Part shown: piece by piece, positions 24,663 to 39,600 of the stretch | Layout of the letters: each line of letters begins with the position of its first letter | Position numbering within the stretch: the first letter of the stretch is position 1 | NCBI GenBank assembly: GCA_021613535.1 | Contig: CP075497.1 | Location: 4,898,001 to 4,962,000 of the forward strand | Source of the DNA: Adineta vaga | Taxonomy: Eukaryota; Animalia; Rotifera | Length of the DNA: 64,000 bases | Reading direction: 5' to 3' | The notes under the pieces: generated by a model | The model's database searches: none | Told to the model about the DNA's origin: nothing | The model's input: only the letters and a program-made list of their open reading frames with translations | Translations under genes and position numbers: made by a program

Positions 24663-27600
24663 ATGATGAATGGGAAAGGCGGATCTCCGCCAGCAGTATC
24701 TGGTTCTGCAAAATCGAATAAAGTTGCTTTACCTCAAATTCAACGACATCCTGCATATTATGAAGATCCATACAAGAATTCCATCTTATTTTCATTTAAT
24801 CTCAAAGACAAACAACAAGCAATGCTTGAAGGGATCGTGTAAATATCAGATCGAATCATTTTTTTTCTTCTATTTAGAATGGAAATCATTCATTTTATTT
24901 TGCTTTTAATTTTTCATAAATAATTGATTAACTATGACAAAATCATTTTAATTTAGTCGAGAACAAGCAGCACGAGAAGAACGAACACTTCTTGAACAAT
25001 ACGGTGGAAAAGCTCGACCACGAGAAAAATCCCCCGAGTATCCAACAACCGTATGTTTTTTCTTTCTTTTTCATATATGAAAAAAAAGATCAAAATTTTA
25101 TACTCATATTTAGTGTGTTAGCGAAGATCGTGCCCTTCGAGTGAGTTTTGATTGAATAGAAAGGAAAAGAATTCTCATGCTTTTATTTCGATGAAATAGA
25201 CAAATTATTTATATATGAAAGACCGAGTTGGACAGTTACCAATCACACCTGCATCAGATGAGTCTTTCAAACATATTATTGGTCGTTATATCGATAAAAA
25301 GCTTCAAAATGGTCCACAAATGAAACGTGTCATTAAAACTATTGTCGATGAAACAAAAGCTCTATACGAAGATAGTATGAAAACAAGTCAAAGTAAATCA
25401 TTTCTATTCTTCCGAATACTAAATTACATTCTAATTATATCTTCTTCTTGTTTATAGTACGACATACACTTGTTGCACCAAAAGTAAAAGGTCTAGAAAA
25501 TGAGATAGCTGGTCCACCTCCGCCGGATCCAGTTGGATACGGTAAGTCGAAGAAGAAGAAGAAAAAATTATATCAATGAATAATTGCATTTATAGATTTC
25601 TCAAGTCCATGGGAAGATAGCTTTCAACAAAATCGTGATTCAATCAAAGCAGGTTTATATATTGTTCATCCAACTCATCGACAAGTTTTAGAATTATGTA
25701 ATAAAACACTTGCTCAAAGGATTATGGTCGAATTTAAACGAATTAGGTAAGTGATTTTGAAACTAGTTTTGATGAAAAGAAAATAATCGGATACAATTGA
25801 ATTCTAATCGTTCTTTATTGTTTTAAGATCAATGGGTGCCTTAGATTTTCCTCAATTACGTTCATTTATTGTTCGTGAGATTGAACGTAATGAAGATTAT
25901 TTAAGTTCCAGTTGGTATCCACTTGTTTGTCAAATATTTCAAACGGGACAAATTCAAGGTATCGCAGGAACGACAGAAAAAATCAATTCTTTTTATAATT
26001 CAGTCAATACACTTGTTTCTAATCAAGTATGTTTGATTATCATTTGTTGATTCTTAGAAATAAGATTTTCTTTCGATTCCTATTAGTTACGTGATTTACT
26101 TGAACGAAGTATTGAAACATGGTGTTCTATATTTGATCAAAAAGATCAAGATTATCTTCCAATAATTAAAGTCGATATTATTCTCAATGACGATCAATCC
26201 ACAATGAGTCAAATTGAATTTCAACCAACTATACCTGAATTTATCAATGTTCTTCGATATGTTGTTGATAAAATTGCACATTCTATTAATAGTTCAACTC
26301 GTGTACGGATAGCAACAATGCAATCATTTCTAAGTGGTGATGATAATGCTCCACTTGATACTAGTTTATCAAAAACAGTTATCGAACGTGCTTATCAACA
26401 ATTAGCTGATATAACCGAATATTATTTTCAAGAGCCGAAAAAATTATTGAAAAGTTATGAAGACAAATATAATTATTTAATCAATGGAAATGCTCAAGTT
26501 GATGTACAAAAATTCATTTCAGAGAATCATTCATTTGATGATTATTCTCGAGTAAATTTTTAAATATTTGTAATTCATCAAAAAATAAATCTGTTTAGGA
26601 ATTTAATCGTTTCAATGATATCGTTCGACAAATTATGCTCGAACCAACCAATGTAGAATTTCCATTAATTCATACAAATGGTGAACAAGTTAAACAAGGT
26701 TTGATTGCTGCTGCACGAAAACATCGTCATACATTACTTGATAAACTTGTCAGTGATTATCGAAAAGAATGTCAAACGTTTGTTGAATTAAGAAGATATT
26801 GAACATTCAAGAATCTTTTATTTGTTTAGTATTTGTGCTGATTTTGAAGCGATCAAACAACGTGCATTAACTAAACCAGCTACGACAGCAGAACTGAATG
26901 AAATTATGAAATATATTGATAATGCTAAAGGCGAAAAAGCGATTCACTTAGGCCGAAGAATAAAAGTTTGTTTATCTAACGACAAGATATAAAATGCTAT
27001 TTTAATTTAAATATAGGAGATTCAAAGACAAATGGAATATCTTTTAGAAGAATATCTCTTTTCTGATGAAGATATTCGTTTGAATGCTGAAACATTACTA
27101 TGGCCAAGACATATTGGACCAATATTTGATACAAATGATGAAGTAAGAATTCTTTCATTTGAAATTATCAATGAAATTTATTTCTTTCGTTTTGCTTAAT
27201 ATTAGCTTACTCAACAAATTCGAGCGAAGAATGAACAAATTCTTATAGAACGACGTGAACGTTTATTAGCTGATTTACAAAAAATGCAACGTCGTGTTGA
27301 TGAATTTGCTGATAATGGTGAATTAAATATGATGGCTGAATATGCTCAAGATGTTAAACAAACTCAAAAGAAAATTGTCGAAGCTGAAAATGAAATTGAT
27401 TGGATAAATCAAGTAAAAATCATTGAAACACGAAAAGATTTGTATTGAAGAAAATTTTTAGGAAGAATTTCAATTTCGAATGCAACGAACAGAATATCCT
27501 CAATTAGAAGCAATAAAAACAGCTGTTGATCCATATTATCGTCTATTTACAACTGTTCGTAAATGGCAAATATCTGAAAAGAAATGGATGGATGGTTCAT

Positions 27601-30600
27601 TTCTTGATTTAAATTCCGAAAAAGTTGAAACCGAAGTGGAAGAATATTCACGTGAAATATTCAAAATTAAAAAACAATTCACCAATTTAGTTAAAAAGAA
27701 GAAACTTGAATTAGCAAATAAAGTCATGGAAAAACGAAAAGCACGAGGTATGTAGAAAAAACAAAATTCTTTCTTTCTTTCTTTTCTCGATTCAAAAATT
27801 AAAAGAAATTTTCTCATATGAAATAAAATATAAGATGAAGAAAATTTTACTCCAAATGAGTTTAGGAAAAAAACGTTTGGAAGAAGAAGGTGCTGCTACT
27901 GGAGGTGCACCAGTTGAAGTTGAAGTAGATAAAGATGACGATGAACGTGAATTGGAAAAACTTGAAAATAATGATCCGGAAATGTTACGTGTTTGCATTG
28001 TTATACTTGAACAACTCGATAATTTTAAGGTTCGCCTGTGTGTCCAATTAACTGAATTTAGAGTTTTTAACTTCTTTTGGTGTTTCTAACTGTTTTTTCT
28101 TTCTATTTGCTTTCATTAACTTTGCACTTGCTTGCTATGATTTGTGTGTGTATCTCTACTAGGCCTACAAAAAACGGCTGAACAAGAAGAACTCCAGCAG
28201 CAAATGGAAAGCTATGGAGATCTTCTTTTTGAACTATTTGACAAAGTGGAAAGTTCAATACATGTTTTTAAGGTGTGTGTGCTCGTCTTCTTCTCATGCT
28301 TATTTGTTTTGTGTTAGAATAATGAATAAGAAAATGAACATGATTGAATTATTTTACAGGTACATTTACCTACTATCAGTATCTTATGTAATCCCGGTAT
28401 TCGAGATCGTCATTGGGATAAAATGTCAGCAATTTATCAAAAGAATCTTAAACCAGATTCAGGTACAACACTTCGAAAAGTTTTACAACTCGGTTTAGAA
28501 TCATATATGGAACAATTTGAACAAGTTAGCGCAGGTGCATCGAAAGTAAGATTGAATTGATGATAGAAAGATTAATTGAATAAAGAAATATTTGTTTAGG
28601 AATATTCATTAGAAAAAGCTTTACGAAAAATGCAAGAAGATTGGGAACCTGTCGTGTTTAATACAAGTAAATATAAAGAAACGGGTTTAACAATATTGTC
28701 AGCTGTCGATGATATTCAAACAATTCTTGATGATCATATTGTTAAAACACAAACAATGAAAGGAAGTCCATTTATTAAACCATTTGAAGAAGAAATCAAA
28801 GTAAGTTTCATAAAAGAGGAAATTATTTCAAACTTGACTTATAATTTTCATCTTTCCTAGGCTTGGGAAGCTCGACTTTTATTAATTCAAGCAATTATTG
28901 ATGTTTGGCTTAAAGTTCAATCTAATTGGCTGTAGGTTATCTTTTTTCCATTGATCATATCAATATCAGTATCTTTTTTTCTGAATAGATATTTGGACCC
29001 AATTTTTTCATCAGAAGATATCAAGTAAGTCTGTTCAATAATAGATATTGTTTATTCAAATTTCTTAATTTCTAGCCAACAAATGCCAGAAGAAGGTCGT
29101 CTCTTTTCTACAGTTGATCGAAACTATAAAGATGTCATGCGTCATCTTGATAAAGATCAACATGTTCGTATCGAATAATAATAATAATATGTTACTTCTC
29201 TTTCCTTTTTGTACAGGTTATGGCAGCGACTGGTCTCTCCGGTTTATTGGACAAATTAAACGATAGTCATACATTACTAGAAAAAATCAACAAAGGTTTA
29301 AATGCATATCTCGAAAAGAAACGTTTATTTTTTCCTCGATTCTTCTTCTTATCAAATGATGAAATGCTTGAAATTCTTTCTGAAACCAAAGATCCTACAC
29401 GTGTTCAACCACATTTGAAAAAACTTTTCGAAGGCATTGCAAAACTTGATTTTGATGCTAAAGTTGATATACATGCCATGATGTCCAGTGAAGGAGAAAA
29501 AATTAAATTTATTCGATCAATTAGCACATCAGAAACGAAAGGTGCCGTAGAAAAATGGCTTATACAAGTCGAAGATATCATGTTGAAATCAGTTCGAGAA
29601 GTTATTGAAAAAGCTTATGTAGCATATCCAAATGAAGATCGTAGTGAATGGGTTACAAATTGGCCTGGTCAAGTTGTTCTTTGTGTTTCACAAATTTATT
29701 GGACAAGTGAAGTACAAGAAGCATTATTAACTGGTGTAAAAGGACTTTCGTATGTTGATTATATTACGATTGAATTCGATTGTTTATTGTTCTTTCTTTT
29801 TTTTAGAGAATATTTTACTAAACTTGAAGCGCAACTAGGTGATATTGTTGAACTTGTTCGTGGTAAATTAAACAAACAAACACGTATAACATTAGAAGCT
29901 CTTGTCGTTATTGATGTACATGCGAAAGATACAGTGAAAGATTTAGTTAATAAACAAGTTCAATCAGAAAATGATTTCAATTGGTTAGCACAATTAAGAT
30001 ATTATTGGGAAGATGCAAATTGTCGTGTACGAATAACTAATGCATCAGTCAAATATTGTTATGAATATTTGGGAAATACACCACGGTATATTATTTTAAA
30101 TGATATGATAATATTGAAATTTGTTTGTATTTCGTAGTCTTGTTATTACGCCATTAACAGATCGCTGTTATCGTACCTTAGTTGGTGCCTTTCATTTGAA
30201 TTTAAATGGTGCTCCAGAAGGACCTGCTGGTACAGGAAAAGTAATTTGTACACATTTGAAAACTAAATTCATTATAAAGTTGTTGTCTTCTGATAGACTG
30301 AAACGACAAAAGATCTTGCAAAAGCTCTTGCAGTTCAATGTGTCGTTTTCAATTGTTCAGATACGATGGATTACAAAGGTATGGGTAAATTTTTCAAAGG
30401 TTTGGCATCAGCAGGTGCATGGGCTTGTTTTGATGAGTAAGTTTCATTTAGAATTTATGTGAACTATTCTAATCATTTTTGTTTTATTCATAGATTCAAT
30501 CGTATTGATCTTGAAGTGTTGTCTGTACGTAGTTGAGCGTTAACAATGTTACTTTGTATTATAAATAAGGAAATTTGGATTTTTAGGTCATTGCTCAGCA

Positions 30601-33600
30601 AATTTTGCAAATTATTCAAGCTGTTCAAGCTAAAGTAGATAAATTTGAATTTGAGGGTACTGAAATTCGTCTGAATCCAAATTGTTACGTTTGCATCACT
30701 ATGGTAAATAATCATCTCAAATAATATACATTAGAAAAAATATTTGTGGTTATGTCTTTTTCAGAATCCGGGTTATGCTGGTCGATCGGAATTACCTGAT
30801 AATTTAAAAGTACTCTTTCGTCCTGTCGCTATGATGGTTCCAGATTATGGTTTGATCTCAGAAATCTCTTTATATTCCTATGGTTTTATGAAAGCTCGAC
30901 CTTTGTCAGTTAAAATTGTCACTGTCTACAAACTATGTTCAGGTATGAAAAACAAATCATAGTGAAATCGAATTCATATTTGTATTTTTTTAAGAACAAC
31001 TTTCATCTCAATATCACTATGATTATGGTATGCGTGCTGTCAAATCAGTTTTATGGGCAGCTGGTGCTTTAAAACAAAAATATCAAACAGAAGATGAAGA
31101 TATTCTAGTTCGTAGAGAATTTCTTTTCTTTTTTTTGACATTGTATTTTCATTTCGTTTCAACTATTTAGATTCTTCGAAGTATTATCGATGTTAATTTA
31201 CCAAAATTCTTAGCACATGATATACCTTTATTCAATGGTATTATTAGTGATTTATTTCCTGGTAAGAGTTTACCAAAACCAGATTATGATTTAATCAATG
31301 CAAATATGATTGAAATTTGTGAACGAAAAAATCTTCAACCAACAGAAGCTTTTATGACAAAAGTTACTCAAACATATGAAATGATGTTAGTACGACATGG
31401 TTTTATGCTTGTTGGTGAACCATTCGCTGGTAAAAGTATGGTCTTACAAGTTCTTGCTGAAACATTAACATTAATGAACGAAAAAGATTTGGCAGATGAA
31501 CTTAAAGTTCAATATAAAGTAATTAATCCAAAAGCTATTACAATTGGACAATTATACGGAAACTTTGGTAATCATTGAACTTTATCTAAAAGATGTAGTA
31601 TTGAAAATGTATTGTTTTTAATTTAGATTTGGTATCACATGAATGGAATGATGGTGTACTAGCAAATACATTTCGTGATTTTGCAATGACAGAAAATCCT
31701 GATAGAAAATGGGTTATTTTTGATGGTCCTGTTGATGCTGTTTGGATTGAAAATATGAATACTGTCTTAGATGATAATAAAAAGTTATGTTTAACTAGTG
31801 GTGAAATTATTCAAATGTCAAATGTTATGTCAATGATCTTTGAAGTTATGGATTTATCACAAGCATCAGTATGTATCTCAAATGTTTAGATTTTCATATG
31901 ATCATTGAATTGCAATTGTTCGTTTTAGCCTGCTACTGTTTCACGATGTGGTATGATTTATTTAGAACCACGTGTACTTGGTTGGAGACCATTAGTAGAA
32001 TCATGGATCAATGGAGAAATAGCTGAACCATTGAAAGTATTTAAAAATGATATCTTAGCTCTTTTCGATTTTCTTGTACCACCATGTCTTGGTAAGTTGA
32101 AACTTTGTTGACGTTTTTTTTTGTGTAGAAAAGAAAGATTTGAATTCTATTTGTTTGTATTAGATCATATTCGACATGTAACGAAAGAAGTAAATCCAAC
32201 AGGTGATTCAAATTTAGTTCGTAGTATGATGAATTGGGTGAATATGTGTATGGCTGATGCATTAAAAGATGAACATGAACCTGAGAAAAATAAAAATGTA
32301 CGTTCATGGTTGATTTATGCTACTCAATGGGCTTGTATATGGTCAATTGGTGCTACAGGTGATACAGAGAGTCGAATCAAATTTGATTTATTTCTCCGTG
32401 ATTTATTACGTGGAAAAGGTGAACCTATTCCAGATGTATTTCAAGGCAAATTTGAAGTTCAAATTCCTGAAAAAGGTCTTGTACATGATTATTATTTTGG
32501 TTGTAAAAATCGTGGTGAATGGTTTCCATGGGAAAATTTAATGCGATCGGCAGAAGGCACTGGAACTGTATCCATGAAGAATATTCGTCGATATATTGTT
32601 CCAACTGTTGATACAACACGAGTGAATTTCATGCTTGATCTTGTTGTACCACATAAACGACCGATTCTATTTGTTGGACCAACTGGAACGGGAAAAAGTG
32701 CTTATGTACAAAATTATTTAATGAACAAATTGGATAAAGATCATTATATGGCATTTTTTATCAATTTCAGTGCACAAACTTCAAATAATCAAGTTCAAGT
32801 AAATATGAACGATTGTTTCTCATTGAAAAGTTGATGTTATGTTTATTTTTCGATTCTTTTAGGATATCATTATGTCACGTCTTGATCGTCGTCGTAAAGG
32901 TACAGTTGGTCCTCCAATGATGAAAAAAGCTGTCTTCTTTGTTGATGATATGAATATGCCACAAAAAGATAAATATGGTGCACAGGGTCCTATTGAATTA
33001 CTTCGACAATATATGGATCATGGACACTGGTTGGTTTCATTTTCTTTCCTCGAATTGTACAAAAAGAATCAATTGAATACATAATTGTTTTATACTTTTA
33101 GGTATGATCGTAAAGATACAACAAAAATTATTCTTGAAGATATTCAATTTGTTGCTGCTATGGGACCACCAGGTGGTGGTAGAAATGTTGTTACACCACG
33201 ATTTATTCGACATTTTATGACTATTGCAATTAATCCATTTACTGATGAAACTTTAACAAAAATCTTTTCAACACTTTTCTCAGTGTATATTCGAGTTCGT
33301 ATTAACAAATCTTATTCTTTTGAAGATATCTATGGATTCTTTTCTTACAGGGACAAGAATTTACTTCAGACTTTTTAACAATTGGTAATCAAATTGTACA
33401 ATCAACTTTACAGATTTATAATGCCGCTGCTCTCTCTCTACTTCCAACACCAGCTAAATCACATTGTAAATAATCTTTCAGCAAAGAAAAACAATTCATA
33501 AAAGATTTCTTTCTTTAATGTATAGATATCTTCAATTTACGTGATTTTTCACGTGTAATTCTTGGTTGTTGTTTGATTCGAAAGTCTGAAGTTGAATCGA

Positions 33601-36600
33601 AACGAACATTCATTCGGTAAAAAGAAAACAGTATAATTCTATCAATCATTCATCAATATTTCAATTTAGATTATGGGTACATGAAACAATGCGTGTTTTC
33701 TATGATCGTTTAATTGATGATAAAGATCGTTCGTGGTTGATTGAGTAGGTTGTCTAATCCATTGTTGACGATATAGTTACATTCTATTTTTTATTTCAAG
33801 TGCAATACGAACATGTATTAAAGATATATTTAAAGAAAGTTTTGATGCTGTATTTGATCATTTGGCTAATGGCGGAAAAGGTAATGGAAGAGTAACAGAA
33901 GAAGATTTACGTAGTTTATTATTTGGTGATTTTCTTCGTCCTGATCTTGATGTTGAGGAACGTTTTTATGAAGAAGTGAAAGTTATTGATACAATGTATT
34001 CAATTGTGGAAAAAGCCGTCGATGAATATAATAGTACACATAAAACGAAAATGAATCTTGTCGTTTTTCGTTATGTTTTGGAACATTTATCACGTATATG
34101 TCGTATACTTCGTTTACCTGGTGGTAATGCACTTTTGATCGGTGTTGGTGGTAGTGGTCGACAATCATTAACAAGACTTGCAGCTGCTATGGCTAATTAT
34201 GATGTTCATCAACCTGAAATAACGAAAAATTATGGTGTAGTAGAATTTCGTGAAGATTGTAAACGTGTCATGAAAATGTCTGGCGCACAGAACAAACCAA
34301 CTGTTTTTCTATTAACTGATTCTCAAATAAAAGATGAACGATTTTTAGAAGATATCGATTCATTATTAAACACCGGTGAAGTACCAAATTTATTTGCTGC
34401 AGATGAACGTGGTGAAATTATGGAAGCTGTCGCCGGACAAGCAGCAGCTGCTTTGTCAGATGGTGATAAAAATGCAGAATTTGGTCCATTAGCTTTATTT
34501 CAATTTTTTATTAATCGTGTTCGCGATAATCTTCATATTGTATTAGCTTTTTCACCCATTGGTGATGCATTTCGATCACGTTTAAGACAATTTCCATCAT
34601 TGATTAAGTAAGTCAGAGGAAACATGTCGCAGTGATGAAGATGATTTCATCGAGTCATTATAATCTATTTTAGTTGTTGTACACTCGATTGGTTTCAAGC
34701 ATGGCCTGAAGACGCTTTAGAACGTGTTGCACGCAAATATCTTGAACAAGTGGATATAAAAGATACTGAAAAAGAAGCTTGTGTTGATATTGTCAAATAT
34801 TTCCATACCAGTACACAACAATTATCTGAAAAATTCTATCAAAAATTACAACGATATAATTATGTAACGCCAACATCGTATCTACAAGCAATATCAGGTT
34901 TTAAAATGTTAATTACACGAAAACAAAATGAAATCATGGCAGCAAAAAAACGTTATGTCAAAGGTCTTGATCAATTAGCTTTTGCTGAAACACAAGTAAA
35001 TCATAGATTATCCTTCTACAGACCATTCTATATATATATATTTATTTAAATTGATTATATAGGTTGGTAAAATGCGTATTGAATTAGAAGCTTTACAACC
35101 ACAATTAAAAGAAAGTGCTAAAGAAACAGCAGCTATGTTAGTTGATATTGAAGTACAATCGAAACAAGCTAGTGAAACACGTGAAACTGTTGTTGCTGAA
35201 GAGGCTGTTGTCAATGGTAAAGCTATCGATGCTAATAAACTAAAGGTACTATCATCATGCGTTTTTTTTCTTCTCTCATTAAAATCATATTGAAATTCTT
35301 CATTTTGAATTATCTAGGAAGAATGTGAACATGATCTTTCTGCAGCTATGCCTGCCTTAGAAGCAGCTATCAATGCTTTAGATACTTTAAAACCAGCTGA
35401 TATTACGGAAATTCGTACTATGCAACAGCCACCAAGTACAGTTCGAAAAGTTCTCGCTTCAGTTTGTGTCTTAACCAATCGACAACCAGATAGAAAACCC
35501 GATCCAAATAATCCTGGAAAGAGAATTATTGATTACTGGGCTCCAGCAAAGAAAGCTCTTGGTGAAATGGATTTTATTAATCAATTGAAAACATTCGATA
35601 AAGATCATATTCCACCCGAGGTTATGAGAAAATTACGTGACGAATATTTAACCGATGCCGATTTAGAACCCAAACGTGTCATGCAAGCATCAGTTGCTGC
35701 ACATGGTTTAATTTTATTCGTTCGAGCCATGGATGTTTATGATCGTATAGCAAAAGAAGTAGCACCAAAGAAAGCAAAACTTGAAGAAGTTGATCGAGAA
35801 GTACGAGGACTTGAAGCAACGTTAGCAGCAAAACGTGCACAATTAGCACAAGTCGAGTATGTTGGTCTTGTTTTTTTTTGTCTTAAGCAAATCGATGAAT
35901 TTTATTTCAGAGCTCGTTTAAGCAAACTTCAAGAAGATCTTGATGCAGCACAAAATCGTAAAGCACAATTAGAATATGAAGTTGATCTTTGTGCAAAGAA
36001 ATTAGTTCGAGCACAAAAATTAATCGGTGGTCTAGGTGGTGAAAAGACACGTTGGACATTAGCAGCTGAAAATCTACAAAAAGTTTATGATAATTTACTT
36101 GGTGATGTCTTAGTTTCATCAGGTGTCATCGGTTATTTAGGCGCATTCACTAGTGCTTTTCGAGATGAAACTACTCAGTAAGTTAAATTATATTGGCGAG
36201 AAATTGAAATTGAAATCGTTTACTATTTAGTTCTTGGATTGAATTGTGTAAAAAGAGAAATCTTCCATGTTCCGATGCAGATAAATATTCACTTGCTAAC
36301 ACTCTCGGTGAACCAATTAAAATACAAGTAAAATATTTGATTTTATTTTCATATCTCTCAATCATTGTGGATTTTTTCTAGGGATGGAATATTAATGGTT
36401 TACCGAAAGATTCATTTTCAGTTGATAATGCTGTAACAATTCAAAATTCTAACCGTTGGCCATTAATGATCGATCCACAAAATCAAGCAAATCGATGGAT
36501 TAAAAATACTTATGCATCATCAAATTTAAAAGTTGTCAAATTAGTTGATAATGATTTTATGCGTCAATTAGATAACTGTATTCAATTGGGTTTGCCCTTA

Positions 36601-39600
36601 TTGATTGAAAATGTCGGTGAAGATTTAGATCCATCATTAGAACCGATTCTATTGAAACAAGTGTTCAAACAAGGTAAATGAAGATGAGAGAATTAATTTT
36701 GATGATCAAACTTGTTTTTATGAAATTTAGCTGGTGTGGAAATGATTCGTTTGGGTGATAAAATCATTGAATATTCTAATGATTTTAAACTATTTATTAC
36801 AACTAAATTGCGAAATCCACATTATCTACCAGGTTTGAACTTATAAAACTGATGTAAAAATGCATATGAAGTATTTTCCTTTCATTTAGAAATTTCAACA
36901 AAAGTCAATCTACTTAATTTTATGATTACATCTGAAGGTCTTCAAGATCAATTGCTTGGTATGAAGAAACTAACATAATCTTCATCTATGTTGATTGCTT
37001 CGTTTAGGTATTGTTGTTGCTAAAGAACGACCTGAATTAGAGGAAGAACGTCTAGCATTGATTATCACTCAAGCTGAAAATCAACGTTTATTAAAAGAAG
37101 CTGAAGATAAAATCTTATTTACATTGAGTTCATCCGAAGGAAATATTTTAGAAGATGAAGCAGCTATTGAAACACTTGATTCATCGAAATTAATTTCGGA
37201 TGAAATTTCTAAGAAACAAAAAATAGCAGAAGAAACAGCAAAGAAAATCGAAGCATCTAGACAAGATTATAAACCAATTGCTGAATATTCTGCTATCCTA
37301 TTCTTCTGTCTTAATGATCTACCAAATATTGATCCTAGTAAGAAGATTCTACTAAGATTATCTGATTAGAATTTCTTTGTATAGTGTACCAATATTCATT
37401 ACAATGGTTTATTAATCTGTATATGAATTCAATTGCTGACAGGTATTGACATATTAGTGTAGATCAAATCTATTTATCTTAAATGCTATTTGAAAATTTT
37501 AGTTTGAAATCAAAGATTCTTGCACGTCGTTTGAAGAATCTACAAGATCATTTTACTTATAATTTATATACTAATGTCTGTCGATCGTTATTTGAAAAAG
37601 ATAAACTACTCTTTTCTTTCATCTTATGTACCAGTATTATGCTGTAAGTCAAACATGGCTTATTTTAAAGAAAAATAAATCGATATAATTGCTTATGAAT
37701 TTAGTGCACAACGTGAAATGGACAAAGCTGAATATCTCTTCTTCCTTACAGGTGGTATTGGTTTGGAAAATAAACATAAAAATCCAGGTCAAGGCTGGCT
37801 GTCTGATAAATCTTGGGATGAATTATGTCGTTTATCTGATCTGTCAAAATTTGTTGGACTTCGGTACGAGATTTGTCTCAATAGAAGAAGAAAAATGATC
37901 AAATTTGAATTTTGTTTTGTTTAGTGAGAGTTTTGAAGCACATGTTGGAGGTTTTAAAGCCATTTATGATTCAAAAGATCCAATGACAGTGGAATTACCT
38001 GCACCATGGAACGAAAAATTAGATCAATTCCAAAAGATGACCGTTATTCGAGTTATTCGTCCCGATAAAGTTGTTCAAATGGTGATTGAATTTGTAAAGA
38101 AAAATCTTGGACAGAAATTTGTGGAACCACCACCATTTGATTTAGCAAAAAGTTTCAATGATTCTCATTCATTAGCACCTATTGTGTTTATTTTATCACC
38201 GGGTGCTGATCCAATGGCTCAATTAGTTAAAATTGCGAAAGATAAAGGCTTTTTTGAAAAGAAATTTCATTACATTTCACTTGGTCAAGGACAAGTTTGT
38301 GTTTCAAGATATTTGTAGATCAATTTCATGCTAGTTTTATCTGTAATTTAAGGGACCTTTCGCTTCAGCAATGATTCAACGAGCGCAAGGCGATGGTGGT
38401 TGGGTGTGTTTACAAAATTGTCATTTAGCTGTTAGGTAAGAATTCTTTCTTTCGATTTTTCGTTTTATTTCACTGTTTATTTTTTCAGTTGGATGCAAAC
38501 ATTGGAAAAAATCTGTGAAGATTTTGCAGCTGATAATACTCATCCTGAATTTCGACTATGGTTAACATCATATCCATCACCAAAGGTATTTTTCGATGAA
38601 GAATATGTTATCTCGAACTTCTTTCTCTTCTTCTTCTTCTTTTCTTTAGTTTCCAGTCACAATCTTACAAAATGGTGTTAGTAAGTATTGGAATATTTCC
38701 ATCGAAGTTGATATTAAGATTTGCTATGATTTAGAATTAACCAATGAGCCACCAACGGGTCTTCGAATGAATATGCTACAATCGTATTTGAATGCACCGA
38801 TTTGTGAACCAACATTTTTCAATAAAATTGAGGAAGGAAAAGAAGTTGTATGGGAACGATTGTTATTTGGTTTGTGTTTTTTTCATGCACTTGTACAAGA
38901 AAGAAGAAAATTTGGGTAAGAAAGATGTTTTATAATTGTTAATGAAGAAATTTAATGAATTTATTTAGACCACAAGGATTTAATATTCCATATGGCTTCA
39001 ATGAGTCTGATCTGTTAATATCTGTTCGACAACTTCAGGTAAGATTTTTCGATCACTAATAATAAATAGATAACTATGGAATGATTTGTTTGTTTTCTTA
39101 GATGTTTATCAATGAATATAATGAAGTTCCATATGTGAGTATTATTTGAAAGAGAATTCATAATTTATTTATTTCATTTAGGATGCTATTCGGTATATGG
39201 CTGGTGAATGTAACTACGGAGGCCGATAAGTTTCTTTTTCGTTTTCAAAATCACTTTATTTTTCTTTCTTTTTTTCGCCGTGTTTACAGTGACGGATGAT
39301 TGGGATCGTCGATGTTTAGGTACTATTCTCAGGGATTTCTACAATCCACAAGTTGCAGAAGTTCCTAAACATAAATTATCTCCGAGTGGTGTTTATTATG
39401 TTCCACCAAAAGGCACCTATGAAGAATATGTTGAATTCATTAAACAATTACCATTAACTCAACATCCGGAAATATTCGGTATGCATGAAAATGTTGATAT
39501 TTCCAAAGATTTACAAGCAACACGACTTCTATTTGATTCAATTCTTTTAACAATGGGTTCAACAACAAGTGAAGGTGGAAATACTGATAAAAAACTAACT

